Source: Actinomycetota bacterium (GTDB lineage: Bacteria > Actinomycetota > Acidimicrobiia > Acidimicrobiales > Ilumatobacteraceae). Taken from it: a DNA stretch of 43,847 nt. The DNA lies in contig SXPW01000140.1 in NCBI GenBank assembly GCA_005793785.1, positions 1 through 43,847 of the forward strand, in the 5' to 3' direction. This document shows positions 18,183 through 27,351 of the stretch, piece by piece. The notes beneath the pieces were generated by a model. The model was not told where the DNA came from and searched no databases. It saw nothing but the letters and a program-made list of their open reading frames with translations. The translations under genes and the position numbers were made by a program. Each line of letters begins with the position of its first letter. Position 1 is the stretch's first letter.

Positions 18183-18260
18183 GTGGGGGAGCCGTGGGTT
18201 GGGTGGGGGTGAATGGTTGACAGTGGGGGAAAGTGGGGGCTAGGGTTCGGGTCGGTGGGG
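18183..18260 (+). promoter_or_regulatory. array of six GTGGG(GG) direct repeats (candidate MraZ operator)
   Basis: GTGGGGG occurs at 18183, 18203, 18223 and 18233, GTGGG at 18194, and GTGGGG at 18255. Offsets from the first box are 11, 20, 40, 50 and 72 nt, so they are roughly in helical phase. The array lies 50-130 nt upstream of the mraZ ATG. Confidence 0.55.
18217..18246 (+). promoter_or_regulatory. putative sigma-A-type promoter of mraZ/dcw
   Basis: TTGACA (18217-18222), an 18-nt spacer, then TAGGGT (18241-18246, fits TANNNT). It sits about 65 nt upstream of the mraZ ATG, with a GGAAGGA Shine-Dalgarno-like element at 18292-18298. Confidence 0.4.
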
Positions 18261-18310
18261 AAACCCACCACGGGATCCGAGCGATCGGATGGGAAGGACT
18301 CACAGGGCAG

Positions 18311-18727
18311 ATGTTCGTCGGGGTACACGAACGACAACTTGATCCGAAAGGCCGTGTGGCGCTGCCCGCGGCGTTCCGGCCCCGCCTGGAACCGCGCTGT
18401 TACCTGCAGATGGGTGCCGACAAGTGCGTCGACATTCTCACAGCGGAGGCGTTCGAAGAAGTCGCCAAGGACGTGATCGAAAAGGTCCGTCGTGGGGAGA
18501 TGGACCGCACCCAACAACGCGCACTCGCCGCGAGCGCCGTCGAAGTCGTCGTCGATGCACAGGGACGCATCAACATCGACGAGAAGCTCCGCGCATATGC
18601 CGGTCTCACGTTGGATTCACGGGTCGTCATCAGCGGGTCCTTCGACCGATGCGAAATCTGGGATCCGACCCGCCATCAACGGATGAGCGACGCAGGGGCC
18701 GCACGCATGGCGGGTGGCGCATCGTGA
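18311..18727 (+). CDS. mraZ: transcriptional regulator MraZ
   Basis: From ATG 18311: MFVGVHERQLDPKGRVALPAAFR, then a second half with DAQGRINIDEKLR (the duplicated SpoVT/AbrB-like MraZ repeat). It is the first gene of the dcw cluster. Confidence 0.92.
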   Translation: MFVGVHERQLDPKGRVALPAAFRPRLEPRCYLQMGADKCVDILTAEAFEEVAKDVIEKVRRGEMDRTQQRALAASAVEVVVDAQGRINIDEKLRAYAGLTLDSRVVISGSFDRCEIWDPTRHQRMSDAGAARMAGGAS

Positions 18728-18789
18728 ACGAACACCACGAAAGAAAGGAGTACCGAGGCACACTTCGACGCGACCACTGGTCACGTTGA

Positions 18790-18919
18790 GGTTTCGCTCA
18801 TCAGCAGTCTCCCGGTCAGCAAAGATGGACAGCCCCAACTCCGCCCGCTTCCGTCTTCGCCATCCGGGGAGAAATCCCGGAGGCACATGTTGGCCGGGGG
18901 GCTGCTGATGAGCGAGACC
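18790..18919 (+). promoter_or_regulatory. long-range 32-bp RNA helix in the mraZ-rsmH spacer covering the rsmH start region
   Basis: 18790-18821 pairs continuously with 18888-18919 (27 Watson-Crick plus 5 G-U pairs, no bulges). The core 14 nt are perfect (tcgctcatcagcag / ctgctgatgagcga). The 66-nt loop contains a 7-bp hairpin (18863-18869 with 18875-18881). Confidence 0.5.
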
Positions 18920-19861
18920 CACGCACCGGTGATGCTCGACGAGATCGCCGAACTGTTCGAATCCGTTCCAAGTGGGGTGTTGCTCGACGCAACCTTCGGC
19001 ATGGGGGGACACTCGACGGCAATCCTTCATCGACATCCAGGTCTGCAGGTAGTGGGAATCGATCGAGATCTCATGGCAATCGCACACGCAGCACATGTGA
19101 AGGACACCCTCGGCTCCGCCGACGCCGCCCGGCTGCGCGTCATGCACACCCGCTTCGATGGCGCCGTCGAAGCCCTCGATCAACTCGGGGTCACGCGACT
19201 GTCCGGTGCGCTCTTCGATCTCGGCGTGTCCTCACCACAGTTGGACAACGCCGAACGCGGATTCTCCTACCGCAACGACGCCCGGCTCGACATGCGCATG
19301 GACCGGAGCCAGGAACTCTCGGCGTGGAACGTGGTGAACGAATACGACGCCGAATCCATCGCCGACATCCTGCGACGCAACGCCGATGAGCGATTTGCGG
19401 GGAGGATCGCCGACGCCATCGTGGCCGCACGACCGATCGACACCACTGCACGGTTGGCCGAAGTGGTGATCGCTGCGATTCCGGCAGCGACACGGCGTAC
19501 CGGTGGGCATCCCGCCAAGCGCACGTTCCAGGCGATTCGAATCGAAGTGAACGCCGAACTCGACATCTTGGCCAATGCGTTGAAGGATGTCATGTCACTC
19601 GTCGTACCGCACGGTCGAGTTGCGGTGCTGTCGTACCACAGCGGCGAGGACCGGATCGTGAAGAACGTCCTGCGCGAGTCGGAGACGGATACCTCGCGAC
19701 CGAACATCGCCACTCCATTCGTCCATCCGTCGCGCACGGCCCCCCGTGCGTGGCGTCGGGTGCGGGTGGCGAAACATCCGAACCCGACGGAACAGCAGCG
19801 AAATCCGCGGGCCACCTCGGCTCGCTTGCGCGTCATGGAACGTTGCGAGGTGGCCGCGTGA
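18887..19861 (+). CDS. rsmH: 16S rRNA (cytosine1402-N4)-methyltransferase
   Basis: HAPVMLDEI...LLDATFGMGGHS...DLGVSSPQLD...SYHSGEDRIVK are typical of RsmH/MraW. ATG 18887 has a GGAGG only 3 nt upstream. The alternative ATG 18908 (MSETHAPVML) has a G-run 6 nt upstream and is equally plausible. Confidence 0.92.
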   Translation: MLAGGLLMSETHAPVMLDEIAELFESVPSGVLLDATFGMGGHSTAILHRHPGLQVVGIDRDLMAIAHAAHVKDTLGSADAARLRVMHTRFDGAVEALDQLGVTRLSGALFDLGVSSPQLDNAERGFSYRNDARLDMRMDRSQELSAWNVVNEYDAESIADILRRNADERFAGRIADAIVAARPIDTTARLAEVVIAAIPAATRRTGGHPAKRTFQAIRIEVNAELDILANALKDVMSLVVPHGRVAVLSYHSGEDRIVKNVLRESETDTSRPNIATPFVHPSRTAPRAWRRVRVAKHPNPTEQQRNPRATSARLRVMERCEVAA

Positions 19862-20382
19862 CGTCGTCGGCAACCGCACGAGCGCGCGCTCGCCGAGAAC
19901 AGCGCACCGCCGATGCAACGCCCGCAGCAGTCGCAATCCAGCCCCGCGACACTCGAGCGACCTTGCGCGTCGTGCCGACGCCCACGCGACGTTGGAATAC
20001 CGTGTCGCGAGCCACCTTGGTGGTGTTCCTCCTCACCGTGTTCATCATCGGCGTGGTCGTGTTGCAGGCCACCGTCGCCGAGCAGCAGTTGCGAATCGAT
20101 GCGCTGACCAGCGATCTCCGGTTGGCGGAAACGCACTATGACGCGCTCCGTCAGGAGCGAGCGGAACTGCTCTCGCCGAGTCGTCTACGGGAGGAAGCCG
20201 TGATGATGGGCATGTACCAGGGTCTGAGCACGAAGTTCGTCGAAGTCCCCGCCGACGTCGTCGCGGAAGTCATGGCAAGCACGGCGAAGATGAACCCGCT
20301 CTTTGCCAACCCGGCTGCGGTGGCAGCGACCTCCGGCGCGCTGGCCCAGATGCAACCAGTCGAGGCGGCGAATCGACCATGA
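19858..20382 (+). CDS. ftsL: FtsL-like cell-division protein (single TM helix plus coiled coil)
   Basis: GTG 19858 overlaps the rsmH stop (GTGA). It has a TM helix (ATLVVFLLTVFIIGVVVLQA) followed by a heptad-like region (EQQLRIDALTSDLRLAETHYDALRQERAEL). The call rests on position between rsmH and ftsI and on architecture, not on sequence identity. Confidence 0.6.
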   Translation: MTSSATARARARREQRTADATPAAVAIQPRDTRATLRVVPTPTRRWNTVSRATLVVFLLTVFIIGVVVLQATVAEQQLRIDALTSDLRLAETHYDALRQERAELLSPSRLREEAVMMGMYQGLSTKFVEVPADVVAEVMASTAKMNPLFANPAAVAATSGALAQMQPVEAANRP

Positions 20383-22277
20383 GCGACACCGCACCCATTC
20401 GTCGCCCACGCGTAGCCGGCGCATCCCGAACCGCGACTCGCCGCTCGGCATCGATGAGCGACTTCTTCGGGGCGATCTCCAGTTACGGCGTCACCAAGAT
20501 GACCGACAACGTGCACGCCGGCGACATGCGAAAACGAATCTCGGCGATGTTCATGGTGATCCTCGTCGTACTTTCGTTGGTCTACCTACGAGTGTTCGTG
20601 TTGCAGACGGTCAAGGCCTCCGAACTGCGGGAGATCAGCGTCAAACAACGGACACGCTCGAAGGTCCTCACTGCTGAGCGGGGCAGCATCTACGACCGTG
20701 ACGGCGCGGAACTCGCGATTCCGGTCCCGACCAGGACCATCTTCGCCGATCCCCGCGAGGTAACCGATCCGATCACGACGGCTCGCGCCCTGGCGATGGT
20801 GTTGCAGTTCTCGCCGGAGGCGGAGAACGACTTGGCGATGCGCTTGCAGAGGAAGGACTCCAGTTTCACCTACGTCATCCGCCAAGTCGACTCGGTGATC
20901 GCCCAGGCGGTGGCCGACCTCGACCTTCCGGGTGTTTCTTCGTATCGCGAGAACGGTCGCACGCTGACCACCGAAGGATTGCGCCCGATCATCGGTCGCA
21001 CCGATCTCGACGGCATCGGAATCGGGGGGATCGAACTGCAGTACGACGAGGCTCTCACCGGAACCAACGGCGTCCTGAACCGCGAGGTCAACAGTCGTGG
21101 ACAGAGCATCGCATCGGCCGACTCCGAGTACGTCGCGCCGATCAACGGTGACAATCTCGTCACGACCATCCACCGCTCGCTGCAATTCCAGGTCGACGGC
21201 ATCCTCCAGCAACAAGTCGAACGAATCCTGGCGCGTAGCGGCACGGCGATCGTGATGCACACGCAGACCGGTGAGATCTACGCGATGTCGAGCGTTCGTC
21301 GCAACGAGGACGGCACTTATGGACACTCGGCGGGCAACATTGCGGCCGTCGAAGCCCATGAGCCGGGATCGGTGGCGAAGGTGTTCAGTGTGGCTGCAGC
21401 CATCGAGGACGGCACGGTGACACCGGAATCGAACTTCGTCGTGCCCGGCAAGCAGATATTCAACGAGGGCACGCAGTGGAAACAGGAAATCAAGGACGCC
21501 TATCCGCACAAGACCGAACCGATGTCGGTGCGCAAGATCCTCGTCGATTCCTCGAACCTCGGTACGGTGCAGATCTCCCAGACCCTCAGTGCGGAACGAA
21601 ATCGTCAGTGGTTGGCCGCGTTCGGTTTCGGTGAGAAGACCTCGCTGCAATTCCCCGGGGAGACGAGGGGGCTCCTCAAACTGGCGCGCAACTGGCAGGG
21701 AACGGAACTCTTCACGTTCGCCTACGGCTATGGTTACGCCGCAACCGCGGTGCAACTGGTGTCCGCGGTGAACGTCGTGGCCAACGACGGCACGTACATC
21801 GGACCGAAACTGGTGTCGGCCACCGTGAACAACTCTGGAGTCAGCGTTCCCACGCCACCGACACCGACCCGTCGCGTCCTCTCGAGCGCGACGGCAGCAA
21901 CGATGCGTTCGCTGATGACCGACGTGGTGTGTTACGGCACCGCGAAACTTGCCAAGATGCCCGGGATCTCCGTCGCCGGCAAGACCGGGACTGGATACAT
22001 CCGGCAGGACAACGGCACGTATATAAAGGACGACGGATCACGCGCGTATTTCGCCTCGTTCGTCGGGTTCCTCCCCGCGAACAAGCCACAGTTCACGGTG
22101 CTCGTATCGATCGACGAACCGGACCCGAGCTCGCAGGACCGATTCGGTGGCACGGCGGCCGCACCGGTGTTCGCCCGCATCGGGCAGGCAATCGTCAACG
22201 AACTCGGTCTGCGACCTGAACCAGGCGACACGGGTTGTGCGGGAACTCGACCGGCCGAACTCGGACCAGGGCACTGA
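20379..22277 (+). CDS. ftsI: class B penicillin-binding protein / septal transpeptidase
   Basis: ATG overlaps the ftsL stop (ATGA). It has an N-terminal TM helix and the motifs SxxK (GSVAKVF), SxN (DSSNLG) and KTG (GKTGTG). Confidence 0.9.
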   Translation: MSDTAPIRRPRVAGASRTATRRSASMSDFFGAISSYGVTKMTDNVHAGDMRKRISAMFMVILVVLSLVYLRVFVLQTVKASELREISVKQRTRSKVLTAERGSIYDRDGAELAIPVPTRTIFADPREVTDPITTARALAMVLQFSPEAENDLAMRLQRKDSSFTYVIRQVDSVIAQAVADLDLPGVSSYRENGRTLTTEGLRPIIGRTDLDGIGIGGIELQYDEALTGTNGVLNREVNSRGQSIASADSEYVAPINGDNLVTTIHRSLQFQVDGILQQQVERILARSGTAIVMHTQTGEIYAMSSVRRNEDGTYGHSAGNIAAVEAHEPGSVAKVFSVAAAIEDGTVTPESNFVVPGKQIFNEGTQWKQEIKDAYPHKTEPMSVRKILVDSSNLGTVQISQTLSAERNRQWLAAFGFGEKTSLQFPGETRGLLKLARNWQGTELFTFAYGYGYAATAVQLVSAVNVVANDGTYIGPKLVSATVNNSGVSVPTPPTPTRRVLSSATAATMRSLMTDVVCYGTAKLAKMPGISVAGKTGTGYIRQDNGTYIKDDGSRAYFASFVGFLPANKPQFTVLVSIDEPDPSSQDRFGGTAAAPVFARIGQAIVNELGLRPEPGDTGCAGTRPAELGPGH

Positions 22278-22281
22278 GTCG

Positions 22282-23712
22282 ATGCGCACGCTGGGCGGAG
22301 TGCTCGCACGCACGGCAGGTCAGTGCCGCCTCGAAGGTGACGCGAACGCGGAAATCACCGACGTCACCAACGACAGTCGAAGCGTTCGGAGCGGCGCGAT
22401 GTACTGCTGCGTGCGGGGCGAACGGCACGACGGACACGACTTTGCCGCCGATGCAGTGCGGCGTGGTGCCGGATCGCTGCTCGTGGATCACGTCCTGCCT
22501 TCGTGCGGCGTCCCGCAGGTGGTCGTCGGCGACACTCGCCGCGCGATGGGACAGGTCGCGGCTGCGTTCCACGACCATCCGTGCGAGTCGCTGAAGGTAA
22601 TCGGGGTCACCGGTACGAACGGCAAGACGACGACCGCGCACATGCTCGGCGCGATCCTCAACCACAGCGGGGAACGCACGACGGTGCTGGGCACGTTGAG
22701 CGGTATCCGTACGACGCCGGAGTCCCCGGAACTCCAACGGACCCTGGCCCAGGAGCGAGATGGCGGCACCACCGCCGTGGTCATGGAGGTGTCTTCGCAC
22801 GCTCTCGCACTACAACGCGTCGCCGGAATGCGTTTCCGTTCGACGGTGTTCACCAACCTCGGACACGACCACCTCGACTTTCATCGCACGCAGGATGCAT
22901 ACTTTGCCGCCAAGCAGAGCCTCTTTTCCAAGGAGTACACGGCGATCGGAGTCATCAATGGTGACGATCCGTTCGGTCGAGTCATCGCCGAACACTGCGA
23001 CATCGAAGTGGCGCTGTTCGGAATGGCGGACGCGGGCAACACCACGGTCGACGCTGCCGGCAGTGAGTTTTCGTGGAGGGGTGCACGAATTCACTGCGTC
23101 ATTGGTGGAGACTTCAATGTGCTCAACGCCCTGGCCGCCGCCACGACGGCGGCGGAACTGGGAATCTCCCCGAACGTCATCGCCGCGGGCCTCGGAGCGA
23201 TGTCCCAGATTCCCGGTCGATTCGAACGAGTGGTACACGGCGGGAACTTCTCCGTGTTCGTGGACTACGCCCACACACCCGAGGCGTTGGGCAAGGTGAT
23301 TGCAACGGCACGAGCGTTGGTCGATGGATCGCCCACCAGCGGCCCTCGACGACCGCGGGTGATCGTGGTGTTCGGTTGCGGTGGTGATCGTGATCCGAGC
23401 AAGCGCCAGGAAATGGGGCGAGTCGCATGCACGGCCGATCTCGTGGTCGTCACCTCCGACAACCCTCGCCACGAGTCACCGGAAGCAATCATCGGAGCGA
23501 TCATCGCCGGCGTCCCCGACTCGGAGCGCGGACGCGTCGTCTCGGAAGTGGATCGCCGTCGCGCCATCTCGGTGGCATGCGAGAGCGCGGGACCGGGTGA
23601 CGTCGTCATCATCGCCGGACGCGGACACGAAGCGACCCAGTCCATCGCCGGCGAGGAGATTCCGTTCCTCGACGCCCATGTGGTGCGCAGCGTGTTGGGG
23701 GTGTCCGAATGA
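22282..23712 (+). CDS. murE: UDP-MurNAc-L-Ala-D-Glu:meso-diaminopimelate ligase
   Basis: ATG 22282 lies 4 nt after the ftsI stop. GVTGTNGKTTT P-loop, and TSDNPRHE (the DNPR motif associated with meso-DAP specificity). 476 aa. Confidence 0.93.
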   Translation: MRTLGGVLARTAGQCRLEGDANAEITDVTNDSRSVRSGAMYCCVRGERHDGHDFAADAVRRGAGSLLVDHVLPSCGVPQVVVGDTRRAMGQVAAAFHDHPCESLKVIGVTGTNGKTTTAHMLGAILNHSGERTTVLGTLSGIRTTPESPELQRTLAQERDGGTTAVVMEVSSHALALQRVAGMRFRSTVFTNLGHDHLDFHRTQDAYFAAKQSLFSKEYTAIGVINGDDPFGRVIAEHCDIEVALFGMADAGNTTVDAAGSEFSWRGARIHCVIGGDFNVLNALAAATTAAELGISPNVIAAGLGAMSQIPGRFERVVHGGNFSVFVDYAHTPEALGKVIATARALVDGSPTSGPRRPRVIVVFGCGGDRDPSKRQEMGRVACTADLVVVTSDNPRHESPEAIIGAIIAGVPDSERGRVVSEVDRRRAISVACESAGPGDVVIIAGRGHEATQSIAGEEIPFLDAHVVRSVLGVSE

Positions 23713-24776
23713 TCGCGATTCTCATGGCCAGTGCCATCGCGATCGTGTTCTCCATCGCCTTCACACGGATGCTCATGTGGTTCTTCGCACGTTTGGGCAA
23801 GGGTCAACCGATTCTCGGCGCCGAGGATCGCGGCCCGACCCATCACATGCACAAACAAGGCACGCCGACGATGGGCGGCATCGCCATCCTGCTTGCTGCG
23901 TTCCTCGGCTGGCTCATCCCGCACGCGCGGGCGGGCTTGGTGTTCTCCGACCAGGCGATGTTCATGTGGCTCGCCATCACGGTCCTCGCGGCGATCGGTT
24001 TCCTCGACGACTTCCTCAAGGTTCGTCGTCAGCACAACCGGGGAATCTTCTGGAAGAAGAAGGGCTGGATCACATTCGGCATCGTCGTGGCATTGATGTG
24101 GCTCATCGCCGCCCAAACCGGCGTGAGCGAAACCATCTCCTTCACTCGTGCCGAGGTACCGGGTTGGGACGTGAGCACACCAGTGTGGGTGGTGTGGACC
24201 GCCTTGATGGTGTGGGCGACCACCAATGCGGTCAACGTGACCGACGGCCTCGATGGCTTGGCGGCGGGTTCGGCGATGTTCGGATTCGGAGCCTTCGGAC
24301 TCATCGCTTATTTCGCATTCCGCAATTCCGACATCTATTCCTCGATCGTGAACCCGCTCGATCTCGCGGTACTCGCCGCGGCGATGGCGGGAGCCTGCGG
24401 CGGTTTCCTCTGGTGGAACGCCGCACCGGCGCGAATCATCATGGGGGACGTCGGAGCGCTCGGAATCGGCGCGGCACTCGGCTTGCTCGCGGTCACCACC
24501 AACACCCACTTCCTGCTGCCGATCATCTGTGGCATCAACGTGATGGAGGCGGGATCAGTGGCGATCCAAATGGGGGTGTTCAAGGCCAGTGGTCGAAAGA
24601 AGCGATTGTTCAAGATGTCGCCGATCCATCACCATTTCGAATTGTCGGGGTGGCCGGAAACCACGGTCATCATTCGCTTCTGGTTGCTCGCCGCGCTGTG
24701 CGTCGCCGCCGGAGTCGCACTCTTCATCGCCGACTTCACCAACGAGATCCGTCTCATCGGGGACGTGGTGCCGTGA
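23709..24776 (+). CDS. mraY: phospho-N-acetylmuramoyl-pentapeptide transferase
   Basis: ATG overlaps the murE stop (ATGA). It is polytopic and carries NAVNVTDGLDGLA and HHHFE motifs. Confidence 0.95.
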   Translation: MIAILMASAIAIVFSIAFTRMLMWFFARLGKGQPILGAEDRGPTHHMHKQGTPTMGGIAILLAAFLGWLIPHARAGLVFSDQAMFMWLAITVLAAIGFLDDFLKVRRQHNRGIFWKKKGWITFGIVVALMWLIAAQTGVSETISFTRAEVPGWDVSTPVWVVWTALMVWATTNAVNVTDGLDGLAAGSAMFGFGAFGLIAYFAFRNSDIYSSIVNPLDLAVLAAAMAGACGGFLWWNAAPARIIMGDVGALGIGAALGLLAVTTNTHFLLPIICGINVMEAGSVAIQMGVFKASGRKKRLFKMSPIHHHFELSGWPETTVIIRFWLLAALCVAAGVALFIADFTNEIRLIGDVVP

Positions 24777-26110
24777 GCGTCCTCGTGTACGGATTGGCCG
24801 TCGCCGGCCGCAGCACCGCCCGATTCCTCGCCGCCCGCGGCGAGTCGGTGGTCGTTGCCGACGATCGAGTGTCGCGCGACTACGAGGAGTTTGCGAAGTC
24901 CATCGGTGCAGAATTGCTGAGCGGACCCGATGCCGCAATGGCCTGCGCCCGACGAATGACGGAATTCTCGCTCGTGACCCCGAGTCCCGGGGTGCCCGAG
25001 ACGCATCCGGTCATCGTGAGCGCCGAGCGGGCGGGCGTGGAGATTGCGTCCGAGATCGAACTGGCCTACCGGAGCGAGGAGGCCAGCGGCTCACCGCGAC
25101 CGATCGTCGCCATCACGGGCACCGACGGCAAGACGACCACGACGTTGATGGCGGCCGCGATGCTCTCGGCGTCGGGCCACAAGGCTGCCGCGGTCGGCAA
25201 CACCGAGACGCCGTGGGTGGAGGTGCTCGACGAGGCGCACGACGCCTATGCCGTTGAGTGCTCGAGTTTCCGACTCCATTACACGAAGGAATTCCGCGCG
25301 GTGGCAGCGACATGGCTCAATCTGGCACCCGATCATCTCGATTGGCATCGAGACATCGACTCGTATCGCCGCGCGAAGGAGCGAATCTGGGTGGCTGCTC
25401 GCGACACCGATGTGGCGGTTGCTCCGATTCGAGATGCTTCGATCGTCGCAAGTGCTCGTTCCAGCGCGGCGCGTGTCGTGACGTTCGGGTTGGAGGGTGC
25501 CGATTATCGCATCGAACACGACGCGCTGGTCGGACCTCGGGGTCGAATCGTCGACGTCGGACAATTGGGTCGGGCGCTGCCGCACGATCTGACGAATGCC
25601 CTCGCTGCCAGCGCCCTCGTACTGGAGTCGGGACTCGGAACGGTCGAGGGCGTCGCGAACGCGCTGTCCCGTTACCAGCACGCCCCGCACCGAATCCAGT
25701 TCGTGGCGGAGGTCGATGGTGTTTCGTACTACAACGACAGCAAAGCCACGAGCCCGCACGCCGCACAGGCAGCGCTCGGCTCCTTCGAGCGAATCGTGTT
25801 GATTGCCGGAGGAAAGAACAAGGGACTCGACCTGTCATCGATGGCGAGTCAGCCTCGACGCATGCGCGGTGTGGTTGCCATCGGTCACTCGGCGTCGTTG
25901 ATTGAGTCGGCCTTCACCGGCGTGTGCGACGTCGTCCGAGCGGAGTCGATGGAGCACGCCGTGCACGCCGCCCGTCGTCTGGCCGAACCCGGGGACGTCG
26001 TGTTGTTGTCGCCGGGCTGCACGTCCTACGACTGGTATTCCAACTACGGCGAACGGGGCGACGACTTCGCTCGCATCGTCAACGATCTCACGAAGGAGAA
26101 CACGAAATGA
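24773..26110 (+). CDS. murD: UDP-MurNAc-L-Ala:D-Glu ligase
   Basis: GTG 24773 overlaps the mraY stop (GTGA). VLVYGLAVAGRS Rossmann-type N-terminus and GTDGKTTT P-loop. 445 aa. Confidence 0.92.
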   Translation: MSVLVYGLAVAGRSTARFLAARGESVVVADDRVSRDYEEFAKSIGAELLSGPDAAMACARRMTEFSLVTPSPGVPETHPVIVSAERAGVEIASEIELAYRSEEASGSPRPIVAITGTDGKTTTTLMAAAMLSASGHKAAAVGNTETPWVEVLDEAHDAYAVECSSFRLHYTKEFRAVAATWLNLAPDHLDWHRDIDSYRRAKERIWVAARDTDVAVAPIRDASIVASARSSAARVVTFGLEGADYRIEHDALVGPRGRIVDVGQLGRALPHDLTNALAASALVLESGLGTVEGVANALSRYQHAPHRIQFVAEVDGVSYYNDSKATSPHAAQAALGSFERIVLIAGGKNKGLDLSSMASQPRRMRGVVAIGHSASLIESAFTGVCDVVRAESMEHAVHAARRLAEPGDVVLLSPGCTSYDWYSNYGERGDDFARIVNDLTKENTK

Positions 26111-27306
26111 CGACGGTGAACGTAGACCCATCCGACGGCTTTGCCGTTCCCTCACTGAGCGAACGTCGTCGCGCGGTGCTCACCGGTCGGCGACACTCGG
26201 GTCGGGCGGTCGCGGAGACGGAGCCGAGTCGATTGTTCTATGCGATCCTCCTCGTCATCACCGTGCTCGTGGCCATGGGTCTCGTGATGGTGCTCTCCGC
26301 CTCGTCCATCGTCTCGGTGAACAACGGTGGGTCGGCGTTCACGATGTTCCGCAAGCAATTGATGTGGGCCATCTTCGGTGTCGCCATCGCAGCCGGCACC
26401 TATCGAATGCCGTATCGAACCTGGCAGAAACTGAACAAACCGATGCTCGCGGTGGTGTTCGTGCTCAATCTGCTTCCGTTCACGCCGATCGGCATCACGG
26501 TCAACGGCGCGCGGGCGTGGGTGGAGATGGGATTCATCAGGTTCCAGCCCTCGGAATTGCTCAAGTTCGCCCTCATCGTCTATCTCACCAACAATCTCGG
26601 TCGCCGTCAGCGCGAACTCACCGACTTCAAGCGCACGTTCCGCCCGGCTCTGCTCGCCTGGATCCTCGCGGCGGGAATCGCGATGTTGCAGAGCGACCTC
26701 GGTGCAGCCATCGTCCTTTCGGGTATCGCCTTCACGGTGCTCTACATGGCGGGATGTCCGGTTCGCTGGATCGGTGCGACGGCGGCACTCGCACTGGTGG
26801 CCGGAATGCTCTACATCGTCAGCTCGGCTTCACGGTGGAGTCGCTGGACGGCGTTCTTCGACATCGAAGGAAATCGCGAACACACGAGTTACCAGGTGTG
26901 GCAATCGATGTTGAGTATCTCCAACGGTGGAATCCTGGGAGTCGGACCGGGTGCCGGAACGAGCAAGTGGGGTTACGTTCCACTCGCGCACAGCGACTTC
27001 ATCTTCACCGTGATCGCCGAGGAGTTCGGTCTCTTCGGATCGACGCTCGTGATCGGCGGATTCTTCGCCCTGGCCTTCCTCGGATTCGTCGTGGCGATGA
27101 AGGCGCCCGACTACTCCGGTGCACTCCTCGCCGCCGGTATCACCGTCTGGTTCGCCGTGCAGGCGATGATCAACGTCGGAGGCGTCGTCGGAGCGATGCC
27201 GGTGACGGGGCTCACGCTTCCGCTGATTTCGTACGGTGGCAGTTCGTTGCTGATCACGCTCGGCGCCGCGGGATTGCTCCTGAACATCGCGCGCAAGGTG
27301 TCGTGA
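26107..27306 (+). CDS. ftsW: SEDS-family lipid II flippase / peptidoglycan polymerase FtsW
   Basis: ATG 26107 overlaps the murD stop (ATGA). It is polytopic with the SEDS motifs QPSELLKF and GVVGAMPVTGLTLPLISYGGSS. Confidence 0.92.
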   Translation: MTTVNVDPSDGFAVPSLSERRRAVLTGRRHSGRAVAETEPSRLFYAILLVITVLVAMGLVMVLSASSIVSVNNGGSAFTMFRKQLMWAIFGVAIAAGTYRMPYRTWQKLNKPMLAVVFVLNLLPFTPIGITVNGARAWVEMGFIRFQPSELLKFALIVYLTNNLGRRQRELTDFKRTFRPALLAWILAAGIAMLQSDLGAAIVLSGIAFTVLYMAGCPVRWIGATAALALVAGMLYIVSSASRWSRWTAFFDIEGNREHTSYQVWQSMLSISNGGILGVGPGAGTSKWGYVPLAHSDFIFTVIAEEFGLFGSTLVIGGFFALAFLGFVVAMKAPDYSGALLAAGITVWFAVQAMINVGGVVGAMPVTGLTLPLISYGGSSLLITLGAAGLLLNIARKVS

Positions 27307-27351
27307 CACCGCAACGGCGACTTCGGTAGCGGTAGCGTTCGGCTCAGTCTC

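Noticed and set aside
18160-18303. N-terminal 48-codon extension of the ABC exporter ORF
   Set aside because: The extension is P/T-rich, lies across the GTGGGG repeat array and the putative mraZ promoter, and precedes a good internal ATG (18159) that gives a normal exporter N-terminus.
23381-26110. 909-aa + strand ORF that could be read as a giant MurD fusion
   Set aside because: Its first ~460 codons overlap murE and mraY out of frame and translate to R/P/G-rich sequence. MurD homology begins at GTG 24773, which forms a GTGA overlap with the mraY stop.
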